From: a virus
Reading direction: 5' to 3' (one strand)
DNA length: 64,000 bases
Virus record (IMG/VR): IMGVR_UViG_3300037312_000927
Within the stretch, counting starts at the first letter, position 1. Each line of letters starts with the position of its first letter. A program made the position numbers and the translations under genes. Positions 21,501 to 31,210 of this stretch are shown here, one piece after another. The notes under the pieces were generated by a model that did no database searches, was not told the origin of the DNA, and saw only the letters and a list, made by a program, of their open reading frames with translations.

Positions 21501-21752
21501 CACACTAATATTGGAAGGATCTACTCCACATGCGTAATCTCTCATACTAAGTATAGGCGCATAGAGGCCATTGCCAGAATCACCCGTGCTTTTAAGCAGG
21601 CTGTTTTTGGCTACATCTGAAGTGTTTTTCAGTATGTTCGGTACTGAAGTCCCTGCAGTAGCTAGGGTTGTTACAGTCATTTTCGACAGCGCCGTGTTGT
21701 TAGACATGACGCTGCCAGTGATTTTATCGGAGAGGATATTAAGAAGTGACAT
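18501..21752 (-). CDS. Baseplate hub protein (gp27-like) with low-complexity N-terminus
   Basis: LYIEGVQVPFESISISQS...ASIQIP hub fold start; NPYVVPGYPMDII C-terminal motif. Confidence 0.6.
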   Translation of the reverse strand: MSLLNILSDKITGSVMSNNTALSKMTVTTLATAGTSVPNILKNTSDVAKNSLLKSTGDSGNGLYAPILSMRDYACGVDPSNISVYSSYATQVISGIDSNVLSSLPGSDNTLFDIQRYTKESLSSGVDSYSQIINKTNSALYSDATNIGVAKLVDTSRVADSSISTAYSTTNNYLNSTISQINSSVIEKAMADKANAVASDTALPLPVVTSGTFSTSSPSPYAKTISIKGVEEGLPVSAEDDSTDVLVQDVSLYIEGVQVPFESISISQSIGQLPGASIQIPPNSGLMDIIRGYQPKVHVFYEDRITGGYRLLFWGHIIACNYHYSQAEGGASISFECVHKNALLRQLTFEWSGGGAAHAIQGANLTDNNPDQASVQINNFNSEYSLARALQGITGVQSDPKDLISPSNSNVLTADPTMLDKRFEALKERMVGMPTTIMNMWNQVKMEVYADEKLNVIFNKMFVPLMEDGIRFFDRLSGHPVLEDQIDAGRVPYCNDSSRPELNKNDVMLPPAFRVGIQSAVQTQLVVNNLKSSLGFSGELANFYDLFANFYYGIEYEMLTLSSPGEVPIDPSVDADPDTPEDWVKVDKMAVETIVKPQIPFYYSPICNVILPNMFHTVDVNQNESDVPTRITAVGTAASQAADNPNLMGINYRAPQSIRESIALGRKVLGASDNSNEPTLRDTTGSSFNIPGKYEMGRGIAHRKIAMPNWLSHFVKDQDDNRASNSDSEFPEKGSVEAKNLLDLHYAWIQKYGYSSLVDDSGNVTVSRDNSKDTLDPYSIKSNIMAYERLLFATADYEYAKAVASSRNGSVYGLFNPYVVPGYPMDIIDGSPNHPCFHAMCASVTHSISARGIGTTIGFVAASTYTELSNYYMQPIHPWLKTALSLVNVERGSSLTSGGDTATDASTAISGDTTLDKASLLGITPDPAYDSNTGDITSIQQGIIDNPRAKEIADKFYRSVLGVCSADPGLIYNFETGQVSPVARHNGNWTEGSSHSDRSPKNGGEGNPNLTGVGNLRLVARQIEGKKSIESKFGLKFIDLTEQNYNGTSVTYQNKVAVTDMTLEPGASMFLDYSEISSLVNGD

Positions 21753-22596
21753 TGGAGTATAGACAGTATAGGGCTAGCATGTAAAGAGCCTTCTCCAGAG
21801 GATCTTTAATGGAGTCTATATATCCTCTATAATCCTCGGGTATCACCTGTAACTCATTTACGTATTCGCTAATTAATTGTAATCTATTTTCAGTTAACAA
21901 GCTAGTTAGCAAAAGACTACGTATAGGTAAAGGTTCGGATGGCAAAGCTTTCATGCCAAGTACCGATCCCGAAAAAGTCTTCGCAAGCCATACTACGAAT
22001 GGGAACGTGCTAAATTCTACGCATCTTACGATAATAGGATACTGAGAATTTGGAGTAGGAATAACAGTAAGCACTCCCTCACTCAGCTCGTAGTCAACAC
22101 CTTCCGTCAATAACTGCCCGCTAGAATAAACATAAGCTTTATCGTAAGTTCCGTTTTCAGTAGACAAAGTGTATTCAGAGACTTCTTCTTTAGTAGTAAT
22201 AATTTCGGCGTTTACAAGAAACTCTGGTATGACCTTGAGTAAGTCGTTTACTTTTGGAGGGATCTGATCAGGGTGACTTGCCGAATAACATTTTACACAA
22301 ATTCCATTTTTGCTAATACATGAGCTGGTGTGCCTAGTTGCAACCTCATATATTCCCTGACTTAAAAGGTATTCGATCCTATCTCTCGTAAGGGCCTCGT
22401 CTGTTGCTAATTCAATAATACCCTCGGATTCAAATGTGAGGGTTTCGAATCTACCCAAAGTAGTTCCACAGTCATTCTCCACAATAGGTAAATTAGGATT
22501 AAAAATACTTAACCCTAAATTCACCATATCGGGATTATCAGCGGGGATTTCATCGAAAATATTTTCAAATAACAATAGTGCTGAATATGTTCTCAC
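21739..22596 (-). CDS. Protein with RNA polymerase beta-prime-like Zn-binding module plus beta-sandwich domain
   Basis: ENDCGTTLG...EVATRHTSSCISKNGICVKCYS matches RpoC DCGT...V-xRS---C----GxC--CYG. Confidence 0.55.
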   Translation of the reverse strand: MRTYSALLLFENIFDEIPADNPDMVNLGLSIFNPNLPIVENDCGTTLGRFETLTFESEGIIELATDEALTRDRIEYLLSQGIYEVATRHTSSCISKNGICVKCYSASHPDQIPPKVNDLLKVIPEFLVNAEIITTKEEVSEYTLSTENGTYDKAYVYSSGQLLTEGVDYELSEGVLTVIPTPNSQYPIIVRCVEFSTFPFVVWLAKTFSGSVLGMKALPSEPLPIRSLLLTSLLTENRLQLISEYVNELQVIPEDYRGYIDSIKDPLEKALYMLALYCLYSNVTS

Positions 22597-24059
22597 AGTT
22601 TAGCCCCTGTTTCTGCAGTATGTTTCTGTCCTGAATTTAATAACGCTAATTTACCAGCCACCCTAGCAGGTGTATTAAGTCTAGGTTTACTCCCCGTTAT
22701 AAACTTAGAGGTTATCGGCAATCTACCTGAGTTAAATAATTCTTTTAAGGACGACGATATAGCTTTAGGTGATGCACTAATAACTCCTGCAGCGTTCTTA
22801 AGAGAGGATATCGTATAAGCGATTTCTCTATCAAATCCAGTTACCTGATTACTAATACTATGAATCGTATTATTAACTAGATTTACGACACCGATAGCCT
22901 GATTACTTACGTTTCTAACATCTCTTAGGATATTTCTAACTGGATTAGTGAAAGAACTAATAACAGACGATACATCGGCTCCGGCAGTTTTAATAAGCTT
23001 GGTCAGCGAACTTAAAACCCCATATATAGGGCTGAAAAGGCTAGCACGTACTCCGCTGAGATTTGAATTAAGCCCGGAGAATAGACTATTAGCAGAAGTA
23101 ACGAAGCCAGTGCCACTAGTGTTTACCCCATCTACGGATACGCCAGACTCAGAAACGTGAGTAGGACCACTACTTAGACTAGTAAGGGATGTGGCGTAGT
23201 CCTTCACAGAAGATAATGGATTAGCGATAACGTCTTGTAAATTCTGAACTTTATCTTGCAAACTTTTAAGTTTGATACTATTTTGCCCAGCCTGGGTTAA
23301 GAATCCACTGGCTTTACTCCAGTTAATAACCGGATCATTAGTTAAAGGTTTATTCGGAACAGTTACTGGTTTAGGGGTAATCTGTTTAGCCAGGAAGCTA
23401 AATTGAAAAGGAATATCAACATCACGGGAAGAGTTTTGGCTCCAACCCATCCTAGTGACAGTACCATCAATAATCATATTGGGGAGGACTATTCTGACAA
23501 GCTCATAGTTTCTAGCAAGTTCAGTGCCTCTCATGACATGAGCATACATCTCTAGCCATTCTACAAACCAATTATTATCAACACTATCGATTAAGATACC
23601 GCTGAAATTAAACATGATCGGCTGTCTACCAAAATAATATGTGACCTCAGCATCACCGAATACCTCTACGACTTGAAGCTTCTCCTCCAGATTACAGTTA
23701 AGGTCAGTGAGCAGGAAAGACGCATATCCCGATCCGGTAACGGCATCTTTAAGGACCCCACTGCTTGATGAACCTAGACTGGTCGGGGTAGAATTACCAT
23801 GACTGGAGGTATCATTGCGGTTAAGGCTCCTGGTAGTATCCGTAGTTAAGATTTTTATGAACGCACGTTCCCCTCGGTCCCCTCCTCCGTCCTGGTGGTT
23901 GACACTTCTGCTACGGGTAGTAAACAATCTTTCCGATTGGATTATTGCCCCATTAGTAGAGTTAGTGTTGGATGCATTATTAGCTAGATCCGTCATCTGA
24001 GAACTAAACGGAGCTGATAACGTTGCTATGTCGAGACCTGTTTGTTTGCTATTAGCCAT
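22593..24059 (-). CDS. Tail tube initiator / baseplate protein
   Basis: EEKLQVVEVFGD---YYFG-QP--F-FSG-L-D pattern; position after tape measure. Confidence 0.5.
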   Translation of the reverse strand: MANSKQTGLDIATLSAPFSSQMTDLANNASNTNSTNGAIIQSERLFTTRSRSVNHQDGGGDRGERAFIKILTTDTTRSLNRNDTSSHGNSTPTSLGSSSSGVLKDAVTGSGYASFLLTDLNCNLEEKLQVVEVFGDAEVTYYFGRQPIMFNFSGILIDSVDNNWFVEWLEMYAHVMRGTELARNYELVRIVLPNMIIDGTVTRMGWSQNSSRDVDIPFQFSFLAKQITPKPVTVPNKPLTNDPVINWSKASGFLTQAGQNSIKLKSLQDKVQNLQDVIANPLSSVKDYATSLTSLSSGPTHVSESGVSVDGVNTSGTGFVTSANSLFSGLNSNLSGVRASLFSPIYGVLSSLTKLIKTAGADVSSVISSFTNPVRNILRDVRNVSNQAIGVVNLVNNTIHSISNQVTGFDREIAYTISSLKNAAGVISASPKAISSSLKELFNSGRLPITSKFITGSKPRLNTPARVAGKLALLNSGQKHTAETGAKL

Positions 24060-24286
24060 TAATTCACCTGAAAATCTATCAGCTGAAGAACTGCGCCTTC
24101 AGTAATAATCTGCCTTTGACCCGTAATTCCACCCAACTGAGGTGGAATATAATCTACTCCCTTGGAAGTAAATCTAATGGCCTCCATGGAGGCCTTGATT
24201 TGGTTTTTATAAATTTCATAGGGACTCATAGCTACCAGCTTAGGTAAAAGCTTGGTCGATGAGTTGTTGTTTATAATTTTACTCAT
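24059..24286 (-). CDS. Hypothetical protein
   Basis: Stop/start-coupled on both sides. Confidence 0.5.
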   Translation of the reverse strand: MSKIINNNSSTKLLPKLVAMSPYEIYKNQIKASMEAIRFTSKGVDYIPPQLGGITGQRQIITEGAVLQLIDFQVN

Positions 24287-27200
24287 TAGTTTTTATTCCC
24301 AGGCTGATTGCCCATGTTCTTCTGCTTATTATCGTTGAACCATCTGAGTCTAGAAGCGTCTGTAGGGTCAAAACCTTTGCCAAAGATACCCGTCGATGAA
24401 TTGATATTGTTGTTACCGTCTACACTACCAACGAATCTATCAACAGCTTTGGAGAATTTATCTACTGATTCCTTATTATCCAGAGCGTTGACAGTGGCTT
24501 GATACCCGGCAAAATCTAGATGACCAGATTTTAGTTTGTCAAGAAGATCCATTTTCATACGAGTGTTCTCTTGGACATCGGCCGTCGCCCTCATTTTGTC
24601 ACCGTAGTCCAGATGTTTGGTTTCTATAGCGGAACTATCAAAAACTCCACCACCAATAGCCTCGCTGGCTTTTCTAAGTGCAGCATCAGAACCCCCCTTG
24701 CCTTCTGAAACCTTTGTAGCGCCAATAGATAACCCTACCAGCTTGTTATCAGCAACATTCCCGGCAGTTTTACGGATGTATTCCAGTAATTCATAAGGGT
24801 CTTTGATACCAGTCATTTCCGCTAGTCTCTGAAGATCTTTGTCTGTTTTAAGACGTTCTCTTATGTTGTAGTTATCTAGAGTTTCACCGTTAACAATTTT
24901 GGTAGCAACTGTATAAGCCAGTCCAGCAGCTTGCAGGTTCGAGAATGCATCTTTACCTTTAAGTCCGCCAACTCCCTGAAGGGTATTTCTGAAATCTTTA
25001 GTCTTAGGCTGGTCATCTTTTATAAAGGCCCCCAGCGTGGCTCCCCATAATTCATCGCTAACTTGGGAGAGAAATCCTTTATCATTAGAGGGGCTGCGGC
25101 TTACATTAGAAAGGTCCTTCTCAATGTTTTTGTAATTAGAAGTATTAGATAAGAAATCCCTAGTACCAGGAGTCCACATATTACCTTTGGTAAGTCTGTC
25201 GATAGCGCCCTGTCTTCCCTCTGCATCTTTTGCCTTGAAATATGCGATAGCATCGGAGTTGCCTCCTTTACTAAGATCGTTGAGCTCCTCGGCCAAATCT
25301 TTGATATTACTACGGTTGCCGTTAAAACGGTTGCTATCTGCCAAACTATAGTTACCAGGGGCACTCATAGAAGCGTCGAGGTTGAATGTTCTCAGGGGAT
25401 TTGATTTGCCTCCAAGAGCTTCTTCCATTGTCATGGAATTGTTCTTAATCGATTCGTCAAACCACAAATTGTTCCAAGCGCTACCAACGGCATCTGACAT
25501 TTTACCTGCCAGCTTAGCTGCAGGAATACCCGTCATATTAGCTATACCTTCAGTGATCGATCTCCCTAAGTGCTTAGCAGAATAAACAGTTCTACCGATG
25601 TTGCCGCCGTACCAATCATTCCTTTCAACTAGTTGCTGCTGTTGCTCGATCAGGTTTCTATTTAAACCCTTAACAGTTAAGGCATAAGCACTGGGATCTG
25701 TCTCTCCAACACGTTGAGTTGCAAAGGCTTGGATCTGATCTTCGCTCATACCCATTTGCATCAAGTAAGGCACTGCACGTTCAATGCTGATCTTACCAGT
25801 CTTAGGGTCGACCATACCTGGCTGATTTTTCATGATCTCCCAGAGCTGATCCTCAATAGCCAAGGATCCTCTTTCGGACATCTGACGACCTGCCATCTGA
25901 CGGCCGTAGAGCATCATCGATCCATACGCGCCCATGGGATCAGAAGCCATCATTTGACCGAATTTAGTAACGTTACCGATCATAGTCCCGGTTGACCCAC
26001 CCGCCATATAACGGTTAAAGTTACTAATCTTGTTGTATAAGGTTTGGCTGGCGTTGATCTGGCCTGTTAATGAAGCCTGGGTTGCACCGTCGAGTCCACC
26101 CATTCTCGCTAGTTGCGAAGACGAGATTAGACCCAGTCTATTAGCAACGCTAAAGCCTGCGTATGAGTTAGCAGCGGCCATTTGACCTAAGTATGGAGTC
26201 ATACCGTTGGCTTGGTACAAATATTGCCCCTGAGCACCCACAGTATTCATCAACCTTTGGACATTAGTCCCGGCAGCACTCGCCAACCCACCTAGCTGAC
26301 GCATTGTACCGGCTGCATCGCTGAATGTGCCTCCACTAACATTAGCACCCATCCTTTGGAGTTTGGATAATTGTTCGATAGCATCCTTCATCTCCGGCAT
26401 ATTAGCTATGCTCATGATGAGTTTCATCTGCTCGATACTATCCTTGACCCTCTTGGAGATTTGACGGCCACCCACATTATCGGTAAGCCCAGACCTGGAA
26501 ACCATACTAGCCGCTGCGCCGTACTCTCCGGTGCTAAGGTTCATATCACGAATACCATCTCTAGTAATCTGACCAGCTAGACCAGCAGATTCGTATCCGC
26601 CCATGCCTCCTCCCGTAATAGGACTACCTGACATGTCCCCGAAGGTGATACCATAGTAACTATTACGTAAGTCTTCTGCGCTACGTCTGGTATTGATATA
26701 GGGATTAAATATCCCACGCTCGCCTATCTCAGCAGCGCCTTGCATGAACATTAAAGGTGCGGCAATACCTGCGCCAATACCTAACGCAGCGCCTAAACCT
26801 CTAGATAACCCGGCCGCAGCCATACCGCCAATTCGTCCGGCTGAGTTGAGCCCTATTCCTCGTGCAATTCCGCTTCCCAGACCTTTACCGAACGCACTGC
26901 CGAATCTCATAGCGCCCTTGGACATGCCGAACATGTTGGCTCCGCCCATAAGACGCCTGGACATTGCAAATGCAGCCACCGGCATACCGATGCGCTGAGC
27001 TGCCCACATACCTGCGTCTACTGGCCTATTGGCAACACTATCGATATTATCCTGCTGGTGCATGGTAGGATTACCCCAGGCAGGTGTCTGGGTCCATGGA
27101 GACAGGTTATTAAGGGCACTAAAAAACCCGGTGCGTGTATAATCGTAAGCCCCGTTAGACCCGTTATATCCAGGACGATACGGTGCGGTATAACTCGGGG

Positions 27201-27342
27201 TTAGTAGAGACGGATCGATGCCCCACCCTGAGTTCATATTCGCAGGGTTCATAGGGTTGGCAAATGAGTTACCATAGACGTCAGCTTGGCTGGCGTAAAG
27301 GTCATCGACCGGAGTATTACTTATAGTAGGATTTCCGAACAT
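24286..27342 (-). CDS. Tape measure protein
   Basis: 1018 aa Gly/Ala/Met-rich helical protein downstream of frameshifted chaperone pair. Confidence 0.75.
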   Translation of the reverse strand: MFGNPTISNTPVDDLYASQADVYGNSFANPMNPANMNSGWGIDPSLLTPSYTAPYRPGYNGSNGAYDYTRTGFFSALNNLSPWTQTPAWGNPTMHQQDNIDSVANRPVDAGMWAAQRIGMPVAAFAMSRRLMGGANMFGMSKGAMRFGSAFGKGLGSGIARGIGLNSAGRIGGMAAAGLSRGLGAALGIGAGIAAPLMFMQGAAEIGERGIFNPYINTRRSAEDLRNSYYGITFGDMSGSPITGGGMGGYESAGLAGQITRDGIRDMNLSTGEYGAAASMVSRSGLTDNVGGRQISKRVKDSIEQMKLIMSIANMPEMKDAIEQLSKLQRMGANVSGGTFSDAAGTMRQLGGLASAAGTNVQRLMNTVGAQGQYLYQANGMTPYLGQMAAANSYAGFSVANRLGLISSSQLARMGGLDGATQASLTGQINASQTLYNKISNFNRYMAGGSTGTMIGNVTKFGQMMASDPMGAYGSMMLYGRQMAGRQMSERGSLAIEDQLWEIMKNQPGMVDPKTGKISIERAVPYLMQMGMSEDQIQAFATQRVGETDPSAYALTVKGLNRNLIEQQQQLVERNDWYGGNIGRTVYSAKHLGRSITEGIANMTGIPAAKLAGKMSDAVGSAWNNLWFDESIKNNSMTMEEALGGKSNPLRTFNLDASMSAPGNYSLADSNRFNGNRSNIKDLAEELNDLSKGGNSDAIAYFKAKDAEGRQGAIDRLTKGNMWTPGTRDFLSNTSNYKNIEKDLSNVSRSPSNDKGFLSQVSDELWGATLGAFIKDDQPKTKDFRNTLQGVGGLKGKDAFSNLQAAGLAYTVATKIVNGETLDNYNIRERLKTDKDLQRLAEMTGIKDPYELLEYIRKTAGNVADNKLVGLSIGATKVSEGKGGSDAALRKASEAIGGGVFDSSAIETKHLDYGDKMRATADVQENTRMKMDLLDKLKSGHLDFAGYQATVNALDNKESVDKFSKAVDRFVGSVDGNNNINSSTGIFGKGFDPTDASRLRWFNDNKQKNMGNQPGNKN

Positions 27343-27368
27343 AGTAGGATAGTTAAATTGGCTAAGAG

Positions 27369-27375
27369 TATTTTA
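27369..27375 (-). promoter_or_regulatory. Putative late promoter TAAAATA
   Basis: After terminator, 26 nt before tape measure ATG. Confidence 0.55.
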
Positions 27376-27385
27376 GGCGTATTAT

Positions 27386-27412
27386 AAAAAAGGCCCGCAT
27401 TAAGCAGGCCTT
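27386..27412 (-). terminator. Intrinsic terminator
   Basis: AAGGCCTGC...GCGGGCCTT + T-tract. Confidence 0.7.
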
Positions 27413-27415
27413 GGT

Positions 27416-27808
27416 TTATTCTTTTAAGCTATCCAGTCCAGAAACTATGAACTTACCTTTTTCATTGACTTTAAGTATAGGTTTTAGACCTTTAACCCTG
27501 TCTTTGTAGAACTTCATCATATTCAGTTCTTTTTCGGTATGTTCAGGAAGCTTAATACCATACTCTAGTTCGAGGAAGGATGTGAAGAGCTTACGTATCT
27601 TCTGTTCCCATTCTTTGGCTTTTTCATTATCCGAGAACGGTATGCAGTTAGTTACTAGGAGAGCCAATAAATTAGTCTTGGCTACCTCCTTCTCACTCTC
27701 TGTTGTTAGGAACTTTCTGAGAACCCTGTCTTGGGCACTCCCCAGTTTTGGTACTTTAACTCCGGAGGTATAGAGTTTTGTTCGTTGTACGAAAACTGGG
27801 CTCGTTAA
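27416..27808 (-). CDS. Tail assembly chaperone gpT-like extension (via -1 frameshift)
   Basis: -1 frame is open from the slippery site to 27416 (130 aa) and includes the listed 83-aa ORF. Confidence 0.75.
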   Translation of the reverse strand, partial: LTSPVFVQRTKLYTSGVKVPKLGSAQDRVLRKFLTTESEKEVAKTNLLALLVTNCIPFSDNEKAKEWEQKIRKLFTSFLELEYGIKLPEHTEKELNMMKFYKDRVKGLKPILKVNEKGKFIVSGLDSLKE

Positions 27809-28302
27809 AAATTTTCCTCGGCTTCTTTAGTAGCTGCTTCTACTTTGAGATCAAAGTCATATAATGATACCATCAGAAGTCCCACTACCGGGGCTGGTAG
27901 TTTGTTGATAAACGAAACTTTATCGTCGTACTTGGCAGTGCTCAGGTCCTTGCCTTGATACGAGACTAGTCCATGATACAGGTTCAAGAGATTACGCTTT
28001 TCCATAACAGTAGCCATAAGAACCGCGCTGGTACTATCGATCTCACGAGTGATAGCTGCCATTTCTTCAGCAGTGCGAGTTCTAAACTCAACGTTGAGAC
28101 GCCCTTTGATGCTTACCTTTTCAGAATAAACACCAGTAAACAGTAGTTCATCAAAGATCTTCAGCAGCTCATCTTGGTCATATTTTTTTTCTGGTTTCTG
28201 AGGCTTATTTTCTGCTTGCTCGGGTGTAGTAGGAGCCGGGTTCAGTTTGGTTTCAGTCTCAGGTTTTGCTTTGGTTTTTTTAATTGGTTCGAAGTCTGAC
28301 AT
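27805..28302 (-). CDS. Tail assembly chaperone gpG-like
   Basis: Ends in A AAT TTT TAA slippery heptamer; upstream of tape measure. Confidence 0.75.
   Translation of the reverse strand: MSDFEPIKKTKAKPETETKLNPAPTTPEQAENKPQKPEKKYDQDELLKIFDELLFTGVYSEKVSIKGRLNVEFRTRTAEEMAAITREIDSTSAVLMATVMEKRNLLNLYHGLVSYQGKDLSTAKYDDKVSFINKLPAPVVGLLMVSLYDFDLKVEAATKEAEENF
27808..27814 (-). promoter_or_regulatory. -1 programmed ribosomal frameshift site A_AAT_TTT
   Basis: Canonical X XXY YYZ heptamer in frame immediately before stop. Confidence 0.8.
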
Positions 28303-28319
28303 TTTAGTCCTTAGTTTGT

Positions 28320-29972
28320 TTAATTGTATCCTGCGAAATTAGCTATGTCAAATAGGCTATGTTCCGACTTTGTTTCATCTACGGTAGTAAAGTTACCGGC
28401 CACTACCATCTGCGCTATGTTAGCAAATACTATTGAGTGGAACCAATCATCAAGGGCGCCATCATCTTTTCTGTACAGGCGTTTTCCGCTTAGACTTTCT
28501 TCTTCGAATATGCATAAGGCCTCTTGCCACACATCACAAGTAAGATCCCAACACGGGGTCTCTAATTTAGTTCTACCTATCTTAGCCTTAAGCATCATTG
28601 TATCCATAGCTTGAGTCCGGTCTGCGGCGTAGTAACCCCCTATCTTGTCCCATCGTAAAGTGTTCTTTGCACTTACGTAATTTACCATTGCTACTTTCTC
28701 ATCTCCGATGTGACTTTTGAACAATTGCCCTTGAAGAACACCGACTCCACGATCTGAGCCAATCATAGAACATTCAAACTGGTGATACAGTTGCTCTACC
28801 CTGGCGACCTGTTCAAGTATGTCTATGCCGTCCATGCGTTGTGAATATAACAGGTAGGCTTTACCAGCGTAGTCATAACCCAGAACGCTTACATTAGTGT
28901 AACTATTCGTTGATCCAGAGACACTCCAATCCACTCCAATGGTGGTCATGTAAATACCTCGACTATCTCTTGGAAAACCCTTATCCCATTCACGCTTCTC
29001 GGGATTACAACAGGCCATGGCCTCCCGGATGGATAGAATTCTACCACCTACCCCTGAAGGTAAGCCGAAGACCTCATTAGCGACTTTCTGTGCAGAGTAG
29101 GCTCCAGGTGCACCGATGTTACACTTTTCTCTAAGCTCTCTCCACTTTTTGGGTTTATTACGAGCGGGGAATATCAGCTGAGGTAGATGGAATCCGAAAT
29201 GATATTTCTCGGAGGGTTTTCCTGCAACCCACTGCCCCGTGGACATATTTAAAACTTTACCGCAGTATAGGCACCCTGGACCGTCGGGATTTTGAATCAT
29301 CTTCATGCAAGAGTCAAAATCTATGGGAATATTATATTTTCCACAGTGAGAACATTTAACAACCCACTCCAATTGATTACTGGCCTTAAAGAGAATGTTC
29401 AGGGTATTATTCTCTGTCTTAGCAGTTCCGGTATGTCGTATGAACCCATAATCAGAGGCGCCCATAGTTTCATGAATAATAGGGATGGCCTCAATGCTGA
29501 TATCCTGGCACTCATCGTAGAAGTTCTGATCGCTTGCAACCCCCCGGATACGGTCGGCGTCCTGTTCAGTTTGTGCGTACCCTAAGATTATACGTGCGCC
29601 TGTATTCAATGTTTTCTCGAATACATTTTTCTTATCTCTAGCACTAACGTAGTGTTTTTTAACAATAGGGGACTCAAAAAATGCATCCAGATATGCCGAA
29701 GAAAACCGTGAAGTTTGCTGTGCCAAAGGACTTATAAATAAGCTGACGAAGTGAGGCCTTAATATGCCATTTACTACTAACATGCCAGCCAATCCTACTG
29801 ATTTCCCGATTTGACGACCAGCAGAAATTGTAAGTTTAGGAGGGCTACAGTCATATATGAGTTTGAACGGGGCATATTCATCTAGATTAAGTGGCTTTCC
29901 TTTAAGCTGTAAAATTGCTACAGCCAACTCACTAGGTAAGAGTTTTAATGGTTGTTTTTTATCATTACTCAT
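28320..29972 (-). CDS. terL: Terminase large subunit (lambda gpA-like)
   Basis: Walker A SAGRQIGKS, IRG...YDECQD Walker B, CxxC...CxxC insert, RNase H-like IGVDW and DDWFHS. Confidence 0.9.
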   Translation of the reverse strand: MSNDKKQPLKLLPSELAVAILQLKGKPLNLDEYAPFKLIYDCSPPKLTISAGRQIGKSVGLAGMLVVNGILRPHFVSLFISPLAQQTSRFSSAYLDAFFESPIVKKHYVSARDKKNVFEKTLNTGARIILGYAQTEQDADRIRGVASDQNFYDECQDISIEAIPIIHETMGASDYGFIRHTGTAKTENNTLNILFKASNQLEWVVKCSHCGKYNIPIDFDSCMKMIQNPDGPGCLYCGKVLNMSTGQWVAGKPSEKYHFGFHLPQLIFPARNKPKKWRELREKCNIGAPGAYSAQKVANEVFGLPSGVGGRILSIREAMACCNPEKREWDKGFPRDSRGIYMTTIGVDWSVSGSTNSYTNVSVLGYDYAGKAYLLYSQRMDGIDILEQVARVEQLYHQFECSMIGSDRGVGVLQGQLFKSHIGDEKVAMVNYVSAKNTLRWDKIGGYYAADRTQAMDTMMLKAKIGRTKLETPCWDLTCDVWQEALCIFEEESLSGKRLYRKDDGALDDWFHSIVFANIAQMVVAGNFTTVDETKSEHSLFDIANFAGYN

Positions 29973-31104
29973 TTAAGTATTCTAATCTATATTTATTTCT
30001 AAACACTTTCGTAGGGTTTCTGAGCAACCGGTGGATACTAGGTCTAGAAATATCTAAAAACTCCCCGCAATCCTTTACCTTATCAAAAATCTTAGAAACT
30101 CCAGTGATTATGTCTACGACTCTAACTTTACTGCAGTTAGAATCCGTAATATACGGTTTAAATTCAGTCCCGTCGTCGTATTTCCAAAACATTCCTTTAG
30201 ATTTATTAGTACCCTTCCTACACTTTAGAGCGTCAATAATGCACGAGTAAGGATATCCTTGAGATTCAAGGAGGCTTAAATAATTGCCTGTGTAACGCTC
30301 TAAAACATCTCCCTTTTCGTTCAACCTCAATACTGGTTTAGTCCTAACTTTATTCAGAGGGGCGCCTGGGAAAGAACCTACTAACGAAAATATACGTTTT
30401 TTAACAGTGAAATATTTACGATTCAGATGTCTCGTAAACATCTTCATAGTTACTGACAGCTCGTTGAGTAAGGTGTTTAAATCTTTATGTTCATTAACCC
30501 TGTTACCTAAAAGATCCCACTCGTAAATAGTATAATTCTTAGAAAACCAGAATCTAATCCAAGATGCATCCGATGGCGTAAAGTCTTCTTTTAGAATATC
30601 CTCATTTTTTCCGGAAAATCTAACCTTGAAATCTGTTAGGGTTCGCTCAAAGTTCATGCAATTATATGTAATGGTTTGACCATCTATACATAAATTCTCA
30701 GAGGCCTCTTTAACTGAACTATAGGACTTGATCAATTTCCCTTCATTAGAATAAACATAAATAGCATCCGTAGCCTCTACAGTACTTTCTACAAACTTTG
30801 CCAAATTATACCGATAGCCCCCGCTATCAATCATCTCCTGTTCGAGGATCCTACTCTCGGCTTCAGTCTCTGTAACTTTATAAGTTATTGAGAAATTATC
30901 CGCACCATGCTTCTTAAAACTGTGTAACAGAAGTTTGTTACAATGATCCCCGGATCTAAGCTGTGCGGCATGAGCGATCAATCTCTTGTAAATGTTCTTG
31001 GAACTACCTACGTATTTGTCCCCGGTAACGTTGTTAATAATTTCATAAACACCACACTGTTTAGGGGCGTCTTTATAATTTTTATATTCAAGTACTCTAT
31101 CCAT
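29965..31104 (-). mobile_element. Free-standing GIY-YIG homing endonuclease with NUMOD1-like repeats
   Basis: CGVYEIIN---GDKYVGSS-NI-KR---H; repeated IY-Y---G--I--Y-S--EA units; AT-rich. Confidence 0.88.
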
Positions 31105-31110
31105 AGAATT

Positions 31111-31119
31111 ATTATAACA
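31111..31119 (-). promoter_or_regulatory. Extended -10 promoter TGTTATAAT for homing endonuclease (possibly leaderless)
   Basis: Perfect TGnTATAAT 6 nt before ATG, no SD. Confidence 0.55.
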
Positions 31120-31173
31120 TAGTTCCCAAGTTAGTTCTTAAAATTTATCGAGTTCAATAGCTCAATTTGGATT

Positions 31174-31181
31174 TGGTATAA
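31174..31181 (+). promoter_or_regulatory. Early promoter TGGTATAA
   Basis: Recurrent extended -10-like motif before plus-strand units. Confidence 0.7.
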
Positions 31182-31210
31182 GGAAAATATAATAACCACC
31201 CGAGGATGAC

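Noticed and set aside
28320-31104. Group I intron splitting terL around the homing endonuclease
   Set aside because: terL ORF includes its own N-terminus and Walker A; no upstream exon evident
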